A DNA stretch of 35,970 bases from Archaeoglobaceae archaeon (GCA_025058955.1 JANXDV010000001.1:1-35970); one strand, 5' to 3'; positions 1-8,039 are shown, counted from the first letter of the stretch. The notes: generated by a model from the sequence alone, not told the origin. Numbers and translations are program-made.

Positions 1-67
1 CCAAGCCTGCTCCTATTGCTGCACATCCCTTTATGAATGCCTCATCACTAATCATTGCCTCAACCAT
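1..67 (-). CDS. atpK: A-type ATP synthase proteolipid subunit K, second copy (only the 5' part is present; the gene runs off the window start)
   Basis: nt 1-77 are 75/77 identical to nt 448-524, the start region of the complete atpK. It translates as MVEAMISDEAFIKGCAAIGAGL... Both mismatches are synonymous third-codon positions. Confidence 0.75.
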   Translation of the reverse strand, partial: MVEAMISDEAFIKGCAAIGAGL

Positions 68-68
68 T

Positions 69-269
69 TTATTCACCCCCAAGCAACGCATCCACCCAAC
101 TTACAGTATCGCTAAATCTGTATCCAAAAAGAAGAATTAGAATAGCTATGCTAGCTCCCAACGCAAGTCTGAAAGTCGATATTAACCAGTAGTATCTAAC
201 GAACCTTTCGACATTTTTCTCGCTACCAAGCTTCTCCGCAAGTTTTAGCACAAATTTTTCGCCGATCAT
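69..269 (-). CDS. small hypothetical membrane protein (66 aa, one predicted TM helix) inserted between the two atpK copies
   Basis: Its ATG (269-267) overlaps the atpK TGA (268-266) in an ATGA junction. Its TAA (71-69) is 1 nt before the ATG of the second atpK copy. It has a hydrophobic stretch LALGASIAILILLFGY. I recognise no family. Confidence 0.5.
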   Translation of the reverse strand: MIGEKFVLKLAEKLGSEKNVERFVRYYWLISTFRLALGASIAILILLFGYRFSDTVSWVDALLGGE

Positions 270-514
270 CCGTAAGCGAACATCAGGATGAAGCTGATGA
301 CCAAGCCGAAGATCACGATCGTCTCTGGAATAACCGTAAACAGCAATCCTAAGCCAAGAAAGCCCCTGTCTTCTGCAATTGCTCCAACTGCTGCAGCTCC
401 AATGCCACTTTCACCAGCTCCAGCACCGATTCCTGCTAAACCTACAGCCAAACCCGCTCCTATTGCTGCACATCCCTTTATGAATGCCTCATCACTAATC
501 ATTGCCTCAACCAT
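266..514 (-). CDS. atpK: A-type ATP synthase subunit K (c/proteolipid, single hairpin)
   Basis: Gly/Ala-rich helix 1 (GAGLAVGLAGIGAGAGESGIG) and helix 2 with the ion-binding Glu (VIPETIVIFGLV). GGAGGTG SD lies 6 nt before the ATG at 514. The ORF track's GTG at 523 is less likely. Confidence 0.9.
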   Translation of the reverse strand: MVEAMISDEAFIKGCAAIGAGLAVGLAGIGAGAGESGIGAAAVGAIAEDRGFLGLGLLFTVIPETIVIFGLVISFILMFAYG

Positions 515-515
515 T

Positions 516-2609
516 TTATTCACCTCCTTCCTCTTCTATAAACTTTTTAACCTTACCAAATGGAGTGTATTCTCTACCACCACCTTCAAAGAACTTAGTA
601 AAGAATTCGACGTAATGCAATCGAAGCGATTGTAAGCCAGGATCGAGAATTCCAAGTAGGAAGTTCCCAAAGTGCCCTATAAGCATTATAACTATTGCAA
701 GCGGTAGTATTGCCATTCCTGGTTCTAAGCCAATTTTTAGCGAGAGGTAATTTACTACAAAGGCGATGTAAACAGAAGAAAGCCCAATGGCAAGCAATCG
801 AGCGTAGCTTATTATCTGTCCAAACCAAGTAAGCAATTCAACAGCCATTATTGCTCCAAATATTCCCATCTTTGGAATCTCTGCTTTTAGGAAGATCACA
901 AACCATATAAGGATCAATGGCAAAGTGGCAAGGTAGAAGTAGTTGAGTCCAGCCTGCCAGCCATCTACAAGTCCCGGAATTGGCAATGGAACCGCTCTTG
1001 CCTCTTGGACGGTGTTACCATAAACAAATAAGTTCTTTGGAAGAATTTCTCCAAATCCGGTTGGCGGTGGAGATGTGAAAATTCCGAGATTGTATGAGAA
1101 GCCGAAGATTAAGCAGATCAATCCAAGAATTCCGAAGATCCAACAACCTTTTTCGAGAATTGCTTCCTTGATGCCATGCTCTACGTAGACATTGTAGAAG
1201 CCCATCGAGAATCCCCAGAGCATCTTGAACATGCCTATCATGAGAACTATGAAGAGCAGAGCTTTAACCCCAAACTCCTCAACTCTGTCAAACAGCGGAT
1301 GTCCATGGTTAAATGTGTAAAGACTTGCGAGAAAATCGCCAATGAAGTGCACATCTCCGGGATTTTTAGAGCCAGGAACTATGAATGGTCCAAAGAATTC
1401 ACCGTAAAGGAAGCCGAAGAAGATCGAGCTGACACCACAAGCCAAACCGATGTTAAGAAGCTTCTGCCAACCTTCGGTTTTGAATATCATTTTTAGATAA
1501 AGAGATACCGCAAAGATCAGCAAACCATAACCCATGTCGCCAAGCATTAGGCCGAAGAAGAGCGGGAAGAAGATCGCCATTATTGTTGTTGGATCTATTT
1601 CTTTGTATTTTGGAATTGCATATGTTTTCGAGAGGATCTCAAAATTTTTCGCATATTTCGGATTTTTTAGCTTTGTCGGTGGTAATTCATGTTCTTCAAA
1701 GTTAAGCTTTTCCACCACAATGCCTACTTCATTAAGCTTTTTCTGGAAGCTTTCAAAAGAATTTGCTGGAACATAGCCAAAGATCACAAATGTTTGCTTT
1801 GAAACAAGAGTCTTTAGAGGCAATTCCGCTTTATCAACTTCTGAAGAGAGATATTCTTCGATCGCTAAGATAAGTTCAGATTCTTTCAGCTTCAAATCCT
1901 CTATTTCAACTTCGATCTTCTTTTTTCTTTCCAAAAATTCCTCTTTCATCTTCTTAAGCTCTGAAATTCTTAATTCATACTCTACTTCAGGCACTGGAAT
2001 TTCTTTATAGCCAAAACCTTGTAAAACCCTATAAACCTCGTTTTCTTGCTCAGATCTTACAAAGATTGCAATTACGAATTGATCCTCAAACTTTTTGATA
2101 ACAAAATCAAAATCTGTAGCGATCTTCTTGATTTCTTCCATTGGATCCGATTTAACAAACCCTACGAAGCATCTCAATGTTTTGTATCCTTTTAAGAGCA
2201 TTGGAGGGATTTCAAGAACCTTTAGAGGTTCTATCGCTGAAATTTCAGAATCTATAGATTTTAGACTATCATTTATCCTCTTAAGCTCATCTAATCTGTT
2301 ACCTATTTCTTTATGATACTCTGCAAGTTTTTTGCCCAGCTTTTCTTCAATTTCTTCTCTTTTGAACTTCCTTTTTAATGAGATCTTTGTTGGGTCGAGT
2401 TTTAAGTAGGAAATATAACTTCTGAGCTGGAGCAAATTCTTAGATGCTTGACTTGCTTTCTCCATTGGCGTTCCAAGCTTAAAGTAGTCGGTCTCTGAGA
2501 TCGGTTCGATGTGAAGCAAATTCATTTTGTGAAGGATCTCGGAAGCGATACCAAGCTGTTCTTTAGCCCCAATAATTGCAACTTTAACCATCTTTTCGGG
2601 CTTAAGCAT
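516..2609 (-). CDS. atpI: A-type ATP synthase subunit I (a-like stator/ion channel subunit)
   Basis: 697 aa with a soluble coiled-coil N-terminal half and a polytopic C-terminal half ending in the conserved LRLHYVEFF motif. It overlaps atpH by 8 nt and sits in atpH-I-K order. Confidence 0.9.
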   Translation of the reverse strand: MLKPEKMVKVAIIGAKEQLGIASEILHKMNLLHIEPISETDYFKLGTPMEKASQASKNLLQLRSYISYLKLDPTKISLKRKFKREEIEEKLGKKLAEYHKEIGNRLDELKRINDSLKSIDSEISAIEPLKVLEIPPMLLKGYKTLRCFVGFVKSDPMEEIKKIATDFDFVIKKFEDQFVIAIFVRSEQENEVYRVLQGFGYKEIPVPEVEYELRISELKKMKEEFLERKKKIEVEIEDLKLKESELILAIEEYLSSEVDKAELPLKTLVSKQTFVIFGYVPANSFESFQKKLNEVGIVVEKLNFEEHELPPTKLKNPKYAKNFEILSKTYAIPKYKEIDPTTIMAIFFPLFFGLMLGDMGYGLLIFAVSLYLKMIFKTEGWQKLLNIGLACGVSSIFFGFLYGEFFGPFIVPGSKNPGDVHFIGDFLASLYTFNHGHPLFDRVEEFGVKALLFIVLMIGMFKMLWGFSMGFYNVYVEHGIKEAILEKGCWIFGILGLICLIFGFSYNLGIFTSPPPTGFGEILPKNLFVYGNTVQEARAVPLPIPGLVDGWQAGLNYFYLATLPLILIWFVIFLKAEIPKMGIFGAIMAVELLTWFGQIISYARLLAIGLSSVYIAFVVNYLSLKIGLEPGMAILPLAIVIMLIGHFGNFLLGILDPGLQSLRLHYVEFFTKFFEGGGREYTPFGKVKKFIEEEGGE

Positions 2610-2931
2610 GCTCCACCATCCTTATGAATTCACTATAAAGAATCTCTACTGTTTTCTCAATGTTTTCCTTTCCTCTTTTTTCAAACTCAGTCACTTCCTT
2701 TAATCTCTTACTCTTTATCTCTTCTTTTTCTTTTTCCAAAGTCTCTCTAATCTTTTTGAGGATCTCTTCTCTCAATTTATTCGCTTCTACATTTGCATCT
2801 TCCAAGATCTTCTTCGCTTCGATCCTCGCTTCAGAAATTGACCTCTTTCTCATTTCTTCCGCTTTTTTTAATGCCTCTTCGACTTTCGCTTCCGCATCTT
2901 TAATTTGAATGAGAATTTCTGTTTTCTCCAT
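2602..2931 (-). CDS. atpH: A-type ATP synthase subunit H
   Basis: Small, highly charged Glu/Lys coiled-coil protein at the head of the atpHIK genes. I prefer the ATG at 2931 (MEKTEIL...) preceded by GGTGG. The ORF could extend to 2967. Confidence 0.75.
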   Translation of the reverse strand: MEKTEILIQIKDAEAKVEEALKKAEEMRKRSISEARIEAKKILEDANVEANKLREEILKKIRETLEKEKEEIKSKRLKEVTEFEKRGKENIEKTVEILYSEFIRMVEHA

Positions 2932-3135
2932 GTTAACCACCATTTGGCGAGCTTCAAAGCCATCCATCCGACAACCAAAGTATATTTAAGCTTTAGCTTT
3001 CTCATAATTTGAATCTGATTAATTATTCCAATTTTTGCAGATCTTTGATTCTATCATAATCATGACTATAATAATTAATTTTTTTTATAGAAAAACTTAT
3101 ATACTCCTCTGTTAACAGTGAATTAGGTGAGAGAT

Positions 3136-3285
3136 ATGGAGTGGCTAATAGTTGCCTGTGTTGGAGTATTCATAGCATCTTTGGCACAGGTATTTCTCTA
3201 CAAAAGATCTGAAAAAGGAGTTAAAAAGATAAAAAAGGAAGTTGAAAGTTTAGATCTCGAAAAAACAAAGTTTCTACCAGATTAA
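3136..3285 (+). CDS. hypothetical 49-aa membrane peptide (MEWLIVACVGVFIASLAQVFLYKRSEKGVKKIKKEVESLDLEKTKFLPD)
   Basis: Not in the ORF track because it is under 60 aa. AGGTGAG SD lies 5 nt upstream of the ATG and a TATA-like cttatata lies about 30 nt upstream. It has an N-terminal TM helix and a Lys-rich tail, and is followed by a perfect hairpin. Confidence 0.35.
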   Translation: MEWLIVACVGVFIASLAQVFLYKRSEKGVKKIKKEVESLDLEKTKFLPD

Positions 3286-3288
3286 AGA

Positions 3289-3310
3289 GACTTCTAAATT
3301 TTTAGAAGTC
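3289..3310 (+). terminator. perfect 10-bp-arm palindrome gacttctaaa-tt-tttagaagtc followed by a T-rich tract
   Basis: Read directly. It starts 4 nt after the stop of the 49-aa ORF. It could be a terminator hairpin or a palindromic protein-binding site. Confidence 0.3.
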
Positions 3311-3706
3311 CTATTTTATAACTTCATTCATATAAAATAGTTTATAAAAGTGAGGATGAGAAGGTTACATCGAAGTGAACAACCTTATTTAGAATTCCTA
3401 ACCTTGCTAAATGCTTTCAAGATCTCAATCGATCTTCTCTTCCTCTCAAAAATCTTTTGCTCAGCTTTTTTCTTGACTTGAGCAATGCGTAAATTAAAAC
3501 ACTGAAATCAAAGAATATCATAAATCTCGATCTTGTTCTAATGCTGGGCTAAGATTACTTCATCTACAAAACTTTTAACGCCATTTCTTCGGGATTGCAA
3601 TTCTCTATGCTTATCAAATTTTTTGAGTTCTATTCTCATAATTTGATTTGGTGCCATTGCTAATAAGATTGCCACCATATTTTTATTCTCGTTTTAAAAT
3701 CTGACA

Positions 3707-3779
3707 AGCCACGGGCGGGATTTGAACCCGCGACCGCTTGCTTACCAAGCAAGCGCTCTCCCTGCTGAGCTACCGTGGC
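3707..3779 (-). tRNA. tRNA-Thr (anticodon GGU)
   Basis: Manual cloverleaf. The acceptor is GCCACGG/CCGUGGC and U8 and A14 are present. The D stem is GCUC/GAGC with G18G19. The anticodon stem is CUUGC/GCAAG with loop UUGGUAA. The T arm is GCGGG-UUCAAAU-CCCGC and the discriminator is U. CCA is not encoded. Confidence 0.95.
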
Positions 3780-3806
3780 TTTTTAATATTTTAAAGGTTC
3801 TCAGAT

Positions 3807-6035
3807 TTAAAAATTTTCTATATCGTATTTGTCCGCCTCGCTATACGGCGTGGTCATCAAAAGCCTTATATGTTCTGCAGTTTTCTTTCCAACCTTAGGA
3901 ACTTCCATCAGTTCTTTTTCGCTTGCTGTAGCAATTCTTTCGATTGTCTGGAAATGTTCAAGCAAATTCTTAGCAATCACACTTCCCACATTAGATATTG
4001 CGGACACTATATACTCCTGTTCTTCCTTAAGTGTTCTCTTCGTTTTTCCATAATGTTCAACAACTTCTCTCTTTTTCTCTTCCTGTTCTCTTCTTGCAAT
4101 TGCGATCAGAAATTCCGCGGTCTCTTTTTCGTCTTTCGTAAAGATCATTGGAATTCCAAAATCTGTGACAATAGTTGCAATTGCTCCTCGAATTGCATTA
4201 GGATGCACCGCTCTCGTGTATAGATTTCCTCCTTCGAGAACTAAAATAGGTCTCTGGTATGATTTTAGATTTAAAAGTTGTGAAAAAAGTCTTTCAGAAA
4301 TAAGAGAATCTACAAAATCATCGACCGTTTTTCTTTCTACCGCAACTCTATCACTTAGCACATAATCCGCAACTTCGAGATTCTTAATTTCCAAATTTGC
4401 TCCAAGCTCTCTGAGAATTTTAACAACCTCAGATCTCATTTCTCTTGAATCTACTAAAATCTTTATTCCTGCTCTTTCGAAATCTAACAATCTTGCCTGT
4501 CCTTTGAATTCGCGTTTTTCAAGCATCAACTTGACTTCTTTGAGCTTTTCGAACATTGCCCTCTCTTTTCTGAGACTTGTGTAATAGTAAACTTCATCCC
4601 TCGTCCCTTTAGCCATTAAAACTATAATTTTGCCTTTTCTACCTCTTCCCGTTCTTCCTTTACGTTGTATTGCTCTTATTTCTGAAGGAATTGCTTCGTA
4701 GAATACTACAAGATCCGTAGCAGGGATATCAAGTCCTTCTTCACCAATGGAAGTTGCAACGAGAACCTTGTAAATGCCTTCTCGAAACTTTTGCAAAACC
4801 TCCACTTGTTCTTTCTGTTTCATACCTCTCTCATTTTCTCTATCCGCCTGACCAATAAACTTGAAAGCTGGAGCAATCTTTGAGATCTCGGAAACTAAGA
4901 AATCTGCAGAATCACGATAATTTGTAAATACTATGATCCTTGAATCCTCTTTCTCGGCTAACTGCGTTCTAATAATCTCTTTAAGCTTTTCGATCTTCGG
5001 ATGCTCTGTGTTTAACCTCATTGCAAGTATAAGTGCATCTCTAAAGCTCGGATCGTTTGCAATACTCTTTGAAGCTTTACTTCCTCCTTTTGAGGAACTC
5101 TCTTTTAGGATCTTGTTCAAATAGCTTCTAAAGCTTTCTACACTCTGGGTTTCTATCAATTCGATCGCATGAGAAATTTTAAGGATCTCAGCAAGAATCG
5201 AGCTTGCTTCAAATAACTCTGGTCTCTGTGTCCTTCCTATTTCGTTTTGTATTACTTCTTGAAGCTCCAGTAGCTCTCTCTTTGTTGCCTTCTCAGGGAT
5301 CTCAATTCCAAGCTCTTTTATTCTCCTCACTCTTATCTTTAAACTCGTTTCAAGCTTCTCCTTTATTGTTGTGATCTCTTTTGGAACTTCAACTTTGATC
5401 CACTCGATCTCCTTCTCACTCACATAAGGGATAACATCTTCATCTCTCTCAGTCCTAAACTCTATTGACTCTATTTTCAAATTCTTTACAACTTCCATAA
5501 TTCTTTCTGGATCACTGCCAGGAGAAGCGGTAAGAGCGAGGATCAACGGCTTTTTTGTTCTTCGCATGTATTCTTCAGCTATGAAGACATAGCTGTAGTT
5601 TCCAACCGCTCTATGAGCTTCATCAAAAACAGCGATCACAACATCTTCAAGACTTGCTCTCCCAGCGATCAAATCGTTTTCAACAACCTGTGGAGTTGCA
5701 ACGATCACCTTTGCGGAATTCCACAACTTGACTCTCTTTTCTGGTTCATCTTCACCGCTCATTGCAACGATTTCATTTTCATCAACTTTTAGAGTTCTTT
5801 TAAGGAAATTGGCATGTTGTTCTACAAGAGGCCTCGTAGGGGCAAGAAAAAGTGCTTTGCCCTTCTCATTTAGAATTCTTGACGCAATTACAAGCACCGC
5901 TATCGATGTTTTTCCAAGCCCTGTAGGGATTATAACTAAAGTGTTCTTGATCAAAGCATTCATTGCGATCGTAATTTGGTAAAGTCTCCTCTCGAGGATC
6001 CCATCTTTGATCATTGGGTGAACAACAAATTCCAC
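3807..6035 (-). CDS. hef: Hef: fork-structure helicase/ERCC4(XPF)-type nuclease
   Basis: N-terminal SF2 helicase motifs (PTGLGKT, DEAH, TASPG, QRKGRTGR). C-terminal ERCC4 nuclease motif (VADYVLSDRVAVERKTVDDF) and terminal HhH2 (VPKVGKKTAEHI). Confidence 0.9.
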   Translation of the reverse strand: MEFVVHPMIKDGILERRLYQITIAMNALIKNTLVIIPTGLGKTSIAVLVIASRILNEKGKALFLAPTRPLVEQHANFLKRTLKVDENEIVAMSGEDEPEKRVKLWNSAKVIVATPQVVENDLIAGRASLEDVVIAVFDEAHRAVGNYSYVFIAEEYMRRTKKPLILALTASPGSDPERIMEVVKNLKIESIEFRTERDEDVIPYVSEKEIEWIKVEVPKEITTIKEKLETSLKIRVRRIKELGIEIPEKATKRELLELQEVIQNEIGRTQRPELFEASSILAEILKISHAIELIETQSVESFRSYLNKILKESSSKGGSKASKSIANDPSFRDALILAMRLNTEHPKIEKLKEIIRTQLAEKEDSRIIVFTNYRDSADFLVSEISKIAPAFKFIGQADRENERGMKQKEQVEVLQKFREGIYKVLVATSIGEEGLDIPATDLVVFYEAIPSEIRAIQRKGRTGRGRKGKIIVLMAKGTRDEVYYYTSLRKERAMFEKLKEVKLMLEKREFKGQARLLDFERAGIKILVDSREMRSEVVKILRELGANLEIKNLEVADYVLSDRVAVERKTVDDFVDSLISERLFSQLLNLKSYQRPILVLEGGNLYTRAVHPNAIRGAIATIVTDFGIPMIFTKDEKETAEFLIAIARREQEEKKREVVEHYGKTKRTLKEEQEYIVSAISNVGSVIAKNLLEHFQTIERIATASEKELMEVPKVGKKTAEHIRLLMTTPYSEADKYDIENF

Positions 6036-6130
6036 GGTTTAGACTCGTGGCAATCGAATATATCTTTTGCCCTACTCAGCTGAAAGCATCAATATATCAA
6101 AACTTTGATGGACACTCCGATTAATAAAAA

Positions 6131-6140
6131 AGTATAAATA
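6131..6140 (+). promoter_or_regulatory. TATA-box candidate (agtataaata) for the 6162 gene
   Basis: Centred about 26 nt upstream of the ATG at 6162, the spacing expected for a leaderless archaeal mRNA. Confidence 0.3.
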
Positions 6141-6161
6141 GTCATAGAGTTAAATAAAGAC

Positions 6162-6494
6162 ATGCTTAGCGGTAGAGAGATGTTTAGAGAAGTTGTTCTA
6201 TCGATCTTGATGGTCTTCTCCGCATCTGCGCTCGTATATCAGTGGCTTTCAATGTATAACAGATTCGAACCTTTGCTCGTTTTTCTCGCAGCATTGCTTA
6301 TGGCAAGTTTGGCAATGCTACTCATTAGCGTGGAGATGAGAATGAAAGAGATGACTGAGGAATTCCAGAATGTTAAGAGAACGATAGCCATAAGTTCCGA
6401 TGAACTCGAAAGTAGAATTTCAAGAACAATAAGACCAGAGATCAGAGAATTAGGAGATCGAATTGAATCGCTCCATAGAAAGATGTTTAGATAA
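6162..6494 (+). CDS. hypothetical membrane protein (two TM helices plus a charged helical C-terminus)
   Basis: ORF with two hydrophobic segments and a C-terminal Glu/Arg-rich helix. I recognise no family. Confidence 0.5.
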   Translation: MLSGREMFREVVLSILMVFSASALVYQWLSMYNRFEPLLVFLAALLMASLAMLLISVEMRMKEMTEEFQNVKRTIAISSDELESRISRTIRPEIRELGDRIESLHRKMFR

Positions 6495-6536
6495 ATATTT
6501 AAGCAATCTCTCTTTTATAAGTTTTGAGGTGTCACT

Positions 6537-6827
6537 CTGAGTGAGGAGGAAGTAATAAGAGTTAAACTTCCAGACAGACGGAAAGGAGAAATGTTTGGGG
6601 TTGTTTCTTCAATGCTTGGAGCGGGACATATTAAAGTCCGTTGTGAAGATGGAGTGGAAAGACTCGGAAGAATACCTGGAAAGATGAGAAAAAAGATCTG
6701 GATCAAAGAGGGAGATATCGTTATAATAGTTCCATGGCCATTCCAAAAGGATCGTGGTGATATAGTTTGGCGCTATACGAATCCACAAGTGGAATGGCTT
6801 GAAAGAAAAGGATACTTAAAGTTTTAA
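6537..6827 (+). CDS. eif1a: translation initiation factor aIF-1A (S1-like OB fold)
   Basis: [24 protein letters not shown]...DIVWRYT..QVEWL.RKGYL is a typical aIF1A/eIF1A core. The first ATG is at 6591, but 18 in-frame upstream codons encode an aIF1A-like N-terminus ([17 protein letters not shown]). The only start-like codon for them is CTG 6537, 5 nt after GAGGTG. The minimal call is 6591-6827. Confidence 0.85.
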   Translation: MSEEEVIRVKLPDRRKGEMFGVVSSMLGAGHIKVRCEDGVERLGRIPGKMRKKIWIKEGDIVIIVPWPFQKDRGDIVWRYTNPQVEWLERKGYLKF

Positions 6828-6838
6828 AAAATTCTAAT

Positions 6839-7939
6839 TTAGCTTTTTCCAATCTCTTTTGCAAGCTTTTTGATTTGTTCTTCATTTAAAGGCTCTGCAG
6901 CGTAGATCTGCATAACTTCAGATTCGTTGCTTAAAAATGTCCAGTTATATGGCTCTGGCTTTACAGGATTCGATGGGGCACCTATGTAGGTAATATAATC
7001 AAATTTTAAAGCAGATCTCCAATCTTCTGGAAGTGGAACGACTCCTCGTATCGTAGAGAGAGTTTTAGTGCTCTCATTCCACTTCGTCATAACTATTTTT
7101 CCAGTTTCAAGATATGTTCTTATTATCTCATTTCCATGGCACTCATCACACCTCTTTGCCTTTTCGCTGATTGTGTGAGAATAGAAGGGTTGTATGGTCA
7201 CGAATGTTCTGTTATGATATACCGCGGTCATGAAGTTTGCTGGATAGACTTTACCCTTAAAGTTCACAAGGATCTCAAAGCCAGCAATTGGTCTGAAAGC
7301 TCTCTTTTGGTGCTCTTCTGCACTATCAAGATGGCAGTTGTAGCATGAGATGACTGTAGTTTGATGGCAAGAAGTGCAGTAAACTTTGCCATGTAAATTA
7401 TGAACCGCACTACCATTGTATTCGTGGCAGTTTAGACAATCAACGCTCGTCTTTCTCTCCAAAAGCGTTTTATAGTTATTTCCATCTCCCATGAGATCTT
7501 CTTTACTGTGGCAATCTACACATCTCATATTTCTGTGCACATCGGTTAAATTGAGCACCGCAATCTCTGTTCTCTGTCTTGCATGACATCCTAAGCATCT
7601 TGAATCGTCTACTTTATCTCCGGGTGTAATGTGGCAATCATAACAGTCGGGAATGTAAGTTTCGGTAACGATCGGTTCACCATTCGCCTTTGTGTTTGCA
7701 TGACATTTTAAACAGTCAAAATGGGTTATCGGCTTTTGTGTTATTAACTCTATCCCACCATTTTCTGCTGAGTAAAAGGTTATTTTCCCTTGCCTCGTGT
7801 AGTGGAGGCTATTTTTGAAATTTTTAGCCCAGTCAACTTTTTCATTAACAGCGGGTTGTGAAATTGGTTGGAAAAGATAGACAAATAGAATTATTCCCAC
7901 CACCAAAATTATCGCTGGCAGGATTACTTTGAACTTCAT
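6839..7939 (-). CDS. membrane-anchored octaheme c-type cytochrome
   Basis: Eight CXXCH motifs (CLKCH, CYDCH, CLGCH, CVDCH, CLNCH, CTSCH, CYNCH, CDECH). It has an N-terminal hydrophobic signal/anchor (ILPAIILVVGIILFVYLF) and several N-X-S/T sequons. Confidence 0.85.
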   Translation of the reverse strand: MKFKVILPAIILVVGIILFVYLFQPISQPAVNEKVDWAKNFKNSLHYTRQGKITFYSAENGGIELITQKPITHFDCLKCHANTKANGEPIVTETYIPDCYDCHITPGDKVDDSRCLGCHARQRTEIAVLNLTDVHRNMRCVDCHSKEDLMGDGNNYKTLLERKTSVDCLNCHEYNGSAVHNLHGKVYCTSCHQTTVISCYNCHLDSAEEHQKRAFRPIAGFEILVNFKGKVYPANFMTAVYHNRTFVTIQPFYSHTISEKAKRCDECHGNEIIRTYLETGKIVMTKWNESTKTLSTIRGVVPLPEDWRSALKFDYITYIGAPSNPVKPEPYNWTFLSNESEVMQIYAAEPLNEEQIKKLAKEIGKS

Positions 7940-8039
7940 GGTTTAGAATTGTTCGTCATTAATTATAAGATTTTCTATCTGAGCACGGATTAAAAATAGA
8001 GACCACAAAGAAAATAAGCAAGAATTCAGCCAACGAGAC

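Noticed and set aside
288-635. 115-aa plus-strand ORF rich in Pro/Ala/Ser
   Set aside because: It is exactly antisense to the Gly/Ala-rich atpK gene and the atpI 3' end. The low-complexity translation is the mirror of GGN/GCN codons, with no start context.
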